This document shows positions 56,606 through 64,000 of a stretch of 64,000 nucleotides of DNA, piece by piece. Within the stretch, counting starts at the first letter, position 1. Every line of letters starts with the position of its first letter. The DNA lies in the IMG/VR virus record IMGVR_UViG_3300010158_000034; one strand, written 5' to 3'. The notes under the pieces were generated by a model that saw only the letters and a list, made by a program, of their open reading frames with translations, searched no databases and had not been told where the DNA came from. This stretch comes from an uncultured virus (IMG/VR IMGVR_UViG_3300010158_000034) (Duplodnaviria; Heunggongvirae; Uroviricota; Caudoviricetes). Position numbers and translations under genes: made by a program.

Positions 56606-57775
56606 ATGAAACTAAACGGTAAAACAGTACGGGCCAAGGTTAGAGCCACTCGTAATCCATTGTTCGGTGACGAAAAGTATGTGGGTGGTGAACCGGTGTG
56701 GGACACAGAACGTGCTGAAAAAATGTCCGATGCGGACTTTGATCATTTTTTACGCAAGAGTTTTTACTATTACAATTATTTTTACACTCAAAAAGACACT
56801 AAAAAATATGTGGTTGAGTGGCTTAAACAGCAAGAAAACTTTTTAAAAGAAGATATACGTGCATTTGAACGTAGTTCAGACCGTGCAACCTCCATGACAG
56901 TACACAGTTTGATCATGGCACATCGCCAAGGCATGCCCTTGCTTGAACGTCATCTTAAATTCATCGGTGAGCAAATTGAACGTGCTGTCAAGGGTGCAGA
57001 TGCTGAGGTGGTGGAGGTGCCAGCGGCTGAGGCTCCACGAGCCACAGTGCCTACTATTCAAGATCGTTTGAACGAAAAAACAGCAGACACCATTGGCGAA
57101 TTGGAAGGTCACTATGATGAGTTTCTCAAGAATCCCCGGTATCAATTCAAGCCCTATGATTTTTTGGTGGCCAATAATGTGCCACAAAGCCAGTTAACCA
57201 AGTATGAACTCTTGTTTCAGACTAGATTTGACGAACTTAAAACAGCATTTACCAAAACTGATGAGCAGTTATCCGAAGGATACAGCCACTACAAAATTGG
57301 AGACTACAAGCGAATCATGTCTTTTATTGATCAAATCTTAAACGACATCATACAGTATCGCGGAGTCAAGCGAGCCACTAAGAAAGTCCGAGCACCCAAG
57401 AGTATACCCAAAGAAAAAACAGTGGCCAAATTGAAGTATGCTAGGGAAGACAAAGTACTGCGTTTGGTCAGTGTTCCGGCCACCGACATTGTTGGGGCCC
57501 AGACTCTGTGGTGTTACGATACAAAAACACGCAAGATAATTGTGTACTATGCCGACAGTTTAACTGGACCACTAACAGTCAAAGGCACCAGCATTGCTGG
57601 ATTTGATGTTGCTAGATCCGTAACAAAAACTTTAAGAAAGCCCGAAGAGCAACTAAAAGAATTTGCTAGAGCCTCCAAAGTTGAATTGCGTAAGTTTGTA
57701 GACGGGATCAAAACAACAGAAGCAAAAGCCAACGGTCGCATAAACCCCAATCAAATCCTGCTTAAAACAATATAA
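56606..57775 (+). CDS. Hypothetical protein, probably early-expressed
   Basis: 389-aa ORF with a Shine-Dalgarno sequence; C-terminal KTLRKPEEQL...NGRIN motif; function not recognised. Confidence 0.65.
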   Translation: MKLNGKTVRAKVRATRNPLFGDEKYVGGEPVWDTERAEKMSDADFDHFLRKSFYYYNYFYTQKDTKKYVVEWLKQQENFLKEDIRAFERSSDRATSMTVHSLIMAHRQGMPLLERHLKFIGEQIERAVKGADAEVVEVPAAEAPRATVPTIQDRLNEKTADTIGELEGHYDEFLKNPRYQFKPYDFLVANNVPQSQLTKYELLFQTRFDELKTAFTKTDEQLSEGYSHYKIGDYKRIMSFIDQILNDIIQYRGVKRATKKVRAPKSIPKEKTVAKLKYAREDKVLRLVSVPATDIVGAQTLWCYDTKTRKIIVYYADSLTGPLTVKGTSIAGFDVARSVTKTLRKPEEQLKEFARASKVELRKFVDGIKTTEAKANGRINPNQILLKTI

Positions 57776-57791
57776 ACAATTTCTTTTTGTT

Positions 57792-57799
57792 TATAAATA
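57792..57799 (+). promoter_or_regulatory. T4-type late promoter TATAAATA
   Basis: Exact match upstream of the neck gene at 57821. Confidence 0.7.
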
Positions 57800-57820
57800 C
57801 TGTATAATCGGACCATTCCA

Positions 57821-58753
57821 ATGACACAGTATAGTACCCCGCAGACCACCCCAGAGATAACTGCCAACATAACTGCTTTTGGCAGTTTACCCACCAAGAG
57901 TCTTTTCGATGCCAACACTGGCACAGGGTCTGGCAGTATACAGTTTGACCCCAACACCTTGCCCACCGGCAATGCTCAACGTGCGGCCATTACCGACTAC
58001 ATTCGTGTTAGATTGGGTGACGGATTGATAGATGTAGAATTGGAAAAAGGCCACTACGAAATGGCCATCAATCAAGCCTTGCTTAAATATCGCCAACGTG
58101 CTGCCAATTCCACTGAAGAAAGTTTTGCTTTTTTAGATCTATTACCAGAAACACAGGAATATATACTGCCCCGAGAAGTACAGGTGGTCAAAGCCGCTTA
58201 TCGTCGTGGTATTGGGTCAGTTACAGGCACAACTGCCAGTCAATTTGAACCATTTGCATCGGGATATTTAAACACGTATATGTTGCAGGCTGGACGTGTG
58301 GGCGGATTAACCAACTATGAGCTGTTTGTGGACTATCAAAAATTAGCCATGAAGATGTTTGGTGGATTGTTGAATTATACATTCAATCCCACTACTAAAA
58401 AATTAACCATCATTCGTAAAATGCCCTACGGTTACGGTGGCAGTACCGGTGGGTCACAGGGTCAAAATCCTTTTGAAAGTGTGTTGTTGCACATATACAA
58501 TACCAAGCCGGACCAAATGATACTAAACGACACCTACAGTTTTCCTTGGATACAAGAATATGCCTACAGCTTTGCCAAACGTATTCTGGGACAGGCCTAC
58601 AGTAAATTTTCGCAGATTGCAGGGCCACAAGGCGGCGCCAGTTTAAACGGTGCTGCAATGGTACAAGAAGCTCAGGCTGAAATGGAACGACTGGAATATG
58701 AAATTGTCAACTATGTTGACAATGGCATGCCCTTGACTTGGGTTATTGGCTAA
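57821..58753 (+). CDS. gp13: Neck protein
   Basis: RLGDGLIDVEL and WIQEYA...KRILGQAYSKF...PQGGASLNG motifs. Confidence 0.8.
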   Translation: MTQYSTPQTTPEITANITAFGSLPTKSLFDANTGTGSGSIQFDPNTLPTGNAQRAAITDYIRVRLGDGLIDVELEKGHYEMAINQALLKYRQRAANSTEESFAFLDLLPETQEYILPREVQVVKAAYRRGIGSVTGTTASQFEPFASGYLNTYMLQAGRVGGLTNYELFVDYQKLAMKMFGGLLNYTFNPTTKKLTIIRKMPYGYGGSTGGSQGQNPFESVLLHIYNTKPDQMILNDTYSFPWIQEYAYSFAKRILGQAYSKFSQIAGPQGGASLNGAAMVQEAQAEMERLEYEIVNYVDNGMPLTWVIG

Positions 58754-58756
58754 TCA

Positions 58757-59242
58757 ATGCGTATCACTGAAATAACAACAGAATCTGTCGTAAATGAATT
58801 GGGCAATAGGCCCTATCCGTTTAAAATAGATCCCAATGGCTGGAAAGAATATAAAAGTGTCACCAGTCGAGATGGTAAAATCAACGTGGTTTTTGAGTGG
58901 AGGCCCGGCTCCGACAATGGCGCCATTGATGTCTCGTTTTAAGTCAACGGCACACAAGCCATTACCGGCGGTGGTGACGCTTTTAGAATCTTCAGCACAG
59001 TGGCACAGATAATACAGAAACGACTGCCCCCCATGATACGGCAACTTGAACCCGGTGACGTCTGGTTTCACGCACATGATGAAGCCAGTCGTGTGAGTTT
59101 GTATGACAAATATGCAGTGAGATTTTTTAACCAACTGCTTGGCCCTGATTGGCAATTCAAGAGAAGTGTCAACCCCAAAAACCGAGACGTCATGTACCGA
59201 TGGGAACGCAAATACAATGGTAACGACATTGATTTTGATTGA
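58757..59242 (+). pseudogene. Hypothetical protein interrupted by an in-frame TAA at 58940-58942
   Basis: ORFs 58757..58942 and 59000..59242 are in the same frame, separated only by one TAA (DVSF*VNGTQAITGGGDAFRIFSTV). Confidence 0.6.
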
Positions 59243-59262
59243 TTTTTTTGCTAAATACTCAT

Positions 59263-59664
59263 ATGAAAATTAACGAAATTCTATTAGAAGATGCCGCTGG
59301 TGGTCCACCTAAAACACACGGCACATTTACCGATTTAGACGCTGACCAAGATGCATCCTTACCGGGTGTTTGGGTACAACGACAGTTACGCAATACAGAT
59401 CCCTACATGCAATACCGCTATGGACTGGCACTGGCAGCTGCTCGTGCCGATGCAGCGGGCCATGTGGCATTTTCACAAGAAAGTCCTTGGGCAGAGAACT
59501 TGACCATTGTTGGATATACTCCGGAAGATGCAGAAGTAATTAGAATGGCAGACAAACTAATGGGCGTTCACGCCACACGCATTGCCGACGATGCCAGTAG
59601 AGAAGCAAAGGGAGTGAACACACAAAGCCCAATGCGACCACGTGGATCAATCACCAAAAAATAA
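59263..59664 (+). CDS. Hypothetical protein, possibly an internal head protein
   Basis: Start refined to the ATG at 59263 (MKINEILLE), 5 nt after a TAAATA box. Confidence 0.65.
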   Translation: MKINEILLEDAAGGPPKTHGTFTDLDADQDASLPGVWVQRQLRNTDPYMQYRYGLALAAARADAAGHVAFSQESPWAENLTIVGYTPEDAEVIRMADKLMGVHATRIADDASREAKGVNTQSPMRPRGSITKK

Positions 59665-59691
59665 CTTGACTCGGCGTAACAAATATGTAAT

Positions 59692-59717
59692 AATGCTCTT
59701 ATATAGGAGCATTTTTT
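59692..59717 (+). terminator. Hairpin plus T run that overlaps the Shine-Dalgarno sequence of the dNMP kinase gene
   Basis: AATGCTCTT-ATAT-AGGAGCATT-TTTT-ATG. Confidence 0.55.
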
Positions 59718-60401
59718 ATGACTAAAAAATTAATTGGTGTTGTGGGATTAATCTCAAGTGGCAAAGATACCATTGCTGATTATCTTTGTAATTTTCAAGG
59801 GTTTCGTCGAGAATCATTTGCCAACAGTTTGAAAGACGCTGTGAGCATGGTGTTTGGTTGGGATCGTACCATGTTGGAAGGGCGAACCAAACAAGCTCGC
59901 GAATGGCGCGAACAAGTAGATCCATGGTGGGCCGAACGTTTAAACATGCCCAATTTAACACCACGCTGGGTGTTGCAATACTGGGGTACAGAAGTTTGTC
60001 GTAGGGGTTTCAACGATGACATCTGGATTGCCAGCTTGGAAAACAAACTTCGTACAAGTCAAGATGACATTGTCATCAGCGATTGCAGATTCCCCAACGA
60101 AATTGCAACAATTAAATCTGCCGGTGGAACAGTGGTTCGTGTACGTCGCGGCGACGATCCTGTTTGGTATAGTATTGCTCAACGTGCCAACCAGGGTGAC
60201 TCAATCGCACAGAGACAGTTGGCAGAGTTTAATGTACACATCAGTGAAACTGCTTGGATTGGCACAGGTTTTGATCACACAATTGACAACAATGGAACCA
60301 TTGACGAATTATATCAACAAATCAAAAATCTGGTACAAGTGGACTCTGGCGCCAAGGCAAGCGACTCCGCTGAACTTCCTGAGTACAATTCAAACATATA
60401 G
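59718..60401 (+). CDS. Deoxynucleoside monophosphate kinase, T4 gp1-like
   Basis: P-loop GLISSGKDT, FANSLK, TPRWVLQYWGTE, ISDCRFPNE and HISE motifs. Confidence 0.9.
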   Translation: MTKKLIGVVGLISSGKDTIADYLCNFQGFRRESFANSLKDAVSMVFGWDRTMLEGRTKQAREWREQVDPWWAERLNMPNLTPRWVLQYWGTEVCRRGFNDDIWIASLENKLRTSQDDIVISDCRFPNEIATIKSAGGTVVRVRRGDDPVWYSIAQRANQGDSIAQRQLAEFNVHISETAWIGTGFDHTIDNNGTIDELYQQIKNLVQVDSGAKASDSAELPEYNSNI

Positions 60402-60672
60402 TCTTCAAGTTTAGCCAGTTGTTGTTTTTTAAGTTACCGTCAACATAAAACACACCCAGTTGCTCTGGGTGTCGTGCTTTAAATCCACATTTCTCACATC
60501 GTTCTTTTTTACTGTATCCTGCTCGGTGCCATGCCGGCGGCTCCGGTTTGTATTTAATTCCTTTTCTCAAACAGGTATCACAGAATTTTCTGTAGTAGAT
60601 TTTATTGTTCCGGTGAAAATTAACAGCCACTGGGCGTTGATTACAATGCGGGCACGTTTTACGGGGTAACAT
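60322..60672 (-). CDS. Zinc-finger protein with a degenerate HNH-like fold
   Basis: Four CxxC pairs and VFYVDGNLKNNNWLNLKTICLNC; start refined to the ATG at 60672, 5 nt after TATAAATA (60678-60685, minus strand). Confidence 0.7.
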   Translation of the reverse strand: MLPRKTCPHCNQRPVAVNFHRNNKIYYRKFCDTCLRKGIKYKPEPPAWHRAGYSKKERCEKCGFKARHPEQLGVFYVDGNLKNNNWLNLKTICLNCTQEVQRSRLPWRQSPLVPDF

Positions 60673-60774
60673 GTAGTTATTTATACCCTTGCCCTTTATT
60701 AAAGGGCAGTCAAACCGCATGAAAAATTACTTAATCGGTAAATATCTATAACAGTACTTTAAAGGAACATTACC

Positions 60775-63700
60775 ATGGCACTAGTATCCCCCGGCGTTAG
60801 CTTAACAGTAACAGATCAAAGTCAATATGTATCATCAGCAATTGGCACAGTACCTCTTATTGTTTTAGCAACAGCACAAAACAAAACAATCAATGGCTCA
60901 TTGGCCACAGGAACAACAGCGGCCAATGCAGGCATGTTACAGATATTTACCAGTCAGCGTGATTTAGCCACAGCACTCGGCGCACCGGTATTTAAACAAA
61001 CAGCCGCCGGCACACCTGTACACGGTGGCGAATTAAACGAATACGGCTTGATGGCTGCTTACTCGGCCTTGGGACTGGGCAATCAGCTGTACGCAATTCG
61101 TGCCGATATTGATTTAAATGAATTAGAAGGCACCAGTGTTCGCCCAACCGGCACAGTGTCCACTGGCACACAATGGTTAGATTTGGCTGACACTACCTGG
61201 GGATTATACCAGTGGAGTGCAGATACACAGTCATTTACCAACTATGTACCCACAGTGATCACTTCAAATGCCAGTTTAACAACCAGTAGCCCCACAGTGG
61301 GAACATATGGTAATATTACATTGACCGATGAATCTACTCCACTCGGCAGTATTGGTAGTATTGGTACTTACGCTGTGGTTGCAACTACAACAAACAACAG
61401 AGTGTTTTACAAAGGTACAGACAATGCATGGAAGTTATTGGGTTCAACTCAATGGCAAGCAGATGTACCAACAGTGACAGGTACTGTGTCGAGTCCGACG
61501 TTTTTAGGTAATACTTCCACAATTATTCAAATTAACTCCAGTAACGTTACAGTGACAGCCAGCAATGTAACCACAGTGGCCAGCAGTATCAATAGTGCTG
61601 CAATCACTGGTGTTACGGCTGCTGTGAGAAACAATAAATTATGTTTGTTCTCTACCAACGCCGCCCGTAGTAATGGAACTAACCCCGACGGATTATTAAA
61701 AATTGTTGATTATAGCCCAAGTGCTATTAGGTCATTGTTGGTTCAGTCAGGTATCATTGCTTCGTCAAAATGGAATGGCGGTGGCGCAAGTGGTCAAACA
61801 ACCACCATACGTAGCCCAAGTATCCAGTACGGTAATTTTGCCAGCATACCGGCCTGGACTACCACAGACACATATCCAAGAAGCAACGGATCTGTTTGGT
61901 TAAAAACAGGTGCTGTTGGCGGCGGATCAAACTTTGTTATTAAGAAATACAATGCCACTACTGATACATGGACCACACAGGCAGTTGATGTGGCCAGTAG
62001 TGAAGCACAAGCCATTTATGATTTAGATATTGGCGGCGGAAGTAATATTACCGCAGGCACAGTATTTGTATACCAAGATGCCAACACTTACGATGGCAAC
62101 ACTAACAATCTAAGTGCAGCATCGTTTACTCCTTATGTAAGAACACTGAGCGGCCCATTGAGTGTCAGTGGTGCAGTTCCTGCGTTTGGTGCAAGCACAG
62201 GTACTTTTAGCTTGTATGCAACACAGCCAGGATACAACACATACAACCCAGAACTAAGTGGTGTGGCTTACACTATCACAGTGTCAGCAGCCAGCAGTGC
62301 TAGTTTTGTTAGTGGTATATTATCAGCCAACATACCAAACGTTACAGCTTCTTACAATACCACTACTGGTGTGATTACAATAAATCACTTGGCGGGTGGT
62401 AGTATTTTATTAACTAAAATTGCCGGTCAACCAAACTTTCCGTATCTGGCTGGATTTACCAGTGCAGTTACAGGTGTAAGAAGTATTGGTGGCACAGACA
62501 GTTCAAATGTCAATCGTATGTTATCAGGCTTTACCCCAATGACTTACACTTACAGTATTACACAACCCTCGGCAGAACCTGTTGATGGCACACACTGGTA
62601 TTACAGTGATCCAACCACAGTTGACATCATGATCAACACAGGTACAGCATGGGTTGGATACCGAACTTTGGCAGCAGATGCACGTGGTTACAATTTAACT
62701 GCCACAGATGCCACAGGTGTTATTGCAACGGCTGCTACACCCTCAACACAAGCCGACGGTATTACAGCATTGGCCGCAGGTGATTTGTGGTTAAACACCA
62801 GTGACTTGGAAAATTATCCAAATTTATCTAGATGGAATGGTAGCACATGGGTCAGTATTGACAAGACAGATCAAATCACTGTGAACGGTATCTTATTTGC
62901 CGATGCAAGATGGGATAGTACAGGTACTACAGATCCAGCGATTGACACGGTAACATCAACAACAGATTTATTAACAAGCAGTTATACTGATTTAGATGCA
63001 CCTAATCCACAATTATATCCACGTGGTATGTTGTTGTTTAACACACGTCGTTCAGGATACAATGTCAAGCGTTATATTGCTGATTATTTTAATGCCTCAT
63101 CATTCAGTATTGCAACTTACAGCTCAGCCGTTACATACGTTGCTGGTGACAAGGCATACTACGGTTCAACAGTTTATGTTGCCACAGCCAGCACCACAGG
63201 CAATGCACCAACCAACACCAGTTATTGGACACCGTTGCAAAACAGTGCTTGGGTCTCATCCAGTGGTTTGAAAAATGACGGAAGCCCGTATGCTGGCCAC
63301 TATGCACAACGTCAAGTTGTTGTAGCGGCAATGCAAAGTGCTATAGACAGCAATACACAGATACGTGAAGATCAGTTTGCATTCAGTTTGATAGCAGCTC
63401 CAGGATATCCAGAGTTGATAGACAACATGATCGCATTGAACAATGACCGTGCCAACACAGCATTTGTCATTGGCGACACACCAATGAATTTAAGTACCAA
63501 CGTGGTTGACTTGACCAATTGGAGTACAAATGCCAATGGTACAGGATTAACTACAAACGATCCTTACTTGGCTGTTTATTATCCAAGTGGATTGAGCACA
63601 GATTTGTCGGGCAACAGCATCATGGTGCCTTCAAGTCATATGGCTTTGCGTACATTCTTGCACAGCGATAATTTAAGTTATCCATGGTTTGCTCCGGCTG

Positions 63701-64000
63701 GTCTGCGTAGAGGGTTGGTTGATAACGCAAGTGATTTGGGTTATATCAACTACACAACAGGCGAATTCCAACGCACGGGTATAAATCAAGGCCTGCGTGA
63801 TGCATTGTATCAGACCAATATCAATCCAATTACAATTTTACCAGGAACTGGTATCTGTGTTTGGGGCCAAAAAACACGTGATCCGATCACAGAAGCAATG
63901 GATCGTGTAAACGTGAGCCGTTTGGTAAACTATGTTCGTACATTGTTGGCCCGAGCAACATACGGTTTCTTGTTTGAGCCCAATGACAAAATGACTAGAG
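60775..64000 (+). CDS. gp18: Tail sheath protein, 3' end runs off the window
   Basis: Absent from the ORF track. Begins MALVSPGVSLTVTDQS; the same frame gives PWFAPAGLRRG, INPI, WGQKT, DRVNVSRL and FEPND near the window end. Confidence 0.92.
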   Translation, partial: MALVSPGVSLTVTDQSQYVSSAIGTVPLIVLATAQNKTINGSLATGTTAANAGMLQIFTSQRDLATALGAPVFKQTAAGTPVHGGELNEYGLMAAYSALGLGNQLYAIRADIDLNELEGTSVRPTGTVSTGTQWLDLADTTWGLYQWSADTQSFTNYVPTVITSNASLTTSSPTVGTYGNITLTDESTPLGSIGSIGTYAVVATTTNNRVFYKGTDNAWKLLGSTQWQADVPTVTGTVSSPTFLGNTSTIIQINSSNVTVTASNVTTVASSINSAAITGVTAAVRNNKLCLFSTNAARSNGTNPDGLLKIVDYSPSAIRSLLVQSGIIASSKWNGGGASGQTTTIRSPSIQYGNFASIPAWTTTDTYPRSNGSVWLKTGAVGGGSNFVIKKYNATTDTWTTQAVDVASSEAQAIYDLDIGGGSNITAGTVFVYQDANTYDGNTNNLSAASFTPYVRTLSGPLSVSGAVPAFGASTGTFSLYATQPGYNTYNPELSGVAYTITVSAASSASFVSGILSANIPNVTASYNTTTGVITINHLAGGSILLTKIAGQPNFPYLAGFTSAVTGVRSIGGTDSSNVNRMLSGFTPMTYTYSITQPSAEPVDGTHWYYSDPTTVDIMINTGTAWVGYRTLAADARGYNLTATDATGVIATAATPSTQADGITALAAGDLWLNTSDLENYPNLSRWNGSTWVSIDKTDQITVNGILFADARWDSTGTTDPAIDTVTSTTDLLTSSYTDLDAPNPQLYPRGMLLFNTRRSGYNVKRYIADYFNASSFSIATYSSAVTYVAGDKAYYGSTVYVATASTTGNAPTNTSYWTPLQNSAWVSSSGLKNDGSPYAGHYAQRQVVVAAMQSAIDSNTQIREDQFAFSLIAAPGYPELIDNMIALNNDRANTAFVIGDTPMNLSTNVVDLTNWSTNANGTGLTTNDPYLAVYYPSGLSTDLSGNSIMVPSSHMALRTFLHSDNLSYPWFAPAGLRRGLVDNASDLGYINYTTGEFQRTGINQGLRDALYQTNINPITILPGTGICVWGQKTRDPITEAMDRVNVSRLVNYVRTLLARATYGFLFEPNDKMTR

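Noticed and set aside
1..64000. Alternative genetic code (stop-codon reassignment)
   Set aside because: Core genes are full length in the standard code and end in TAA, TAG or TGA; only one isolated in-frame stop was seen.

Overview
This 64-kb window is part of a large lytic T4-superfamily-like myovirus genome read in the standard genetic code; the host cannot be determined from the sequence. From left to right it contains: (1) a minus-strand baseplate cluster (very large wedge-like protein truncated at the window edge, gp6-like, gp25-like, a 1459-aa gp5-like spike carrying several hydrolase domains, a hub protein, gp53/LysM-like, tube-initiator-like); (2) a gp55-like late sigma factor and the gp47/gp46 (Mre11/Rad50-like) nuclease pair, interleaved with an SGNH-like gene and four radical-SAM/SPASM genes; (3) an EndoII-type GIY-YIG nuclease followed by a ~390-nt non-coding, densely base-paired, pseudoknotted element; (4) gp26/gp51-like genes joined by a -1 slippery site, the tape measure gene, and the head module (portal, core, protease, scaffold, major capsid protein); (5) a long block of repeat-rich fibre and decoration genes; (6) Nudix hydrolase, gp15/gp14/gp13 neck and tail-completion genes, dNMP kinase, and a long tail sheath gene truncated at the right edge. 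TAAATA late-promoter boxes precede most structural genes, and several genes look leaderless. No tRNA, rRNA, CRISPR array or integrase was seen. The best candidates for undescribed biology are the large structured RNA next to the GIY-YIG gene, the lambda G/GT-like frameshift in the gp26/gp51 pair, the multi-enzyme spike and the radical-SAM cluster. All annotations come from motif recognition and hand folding; no searches were run.
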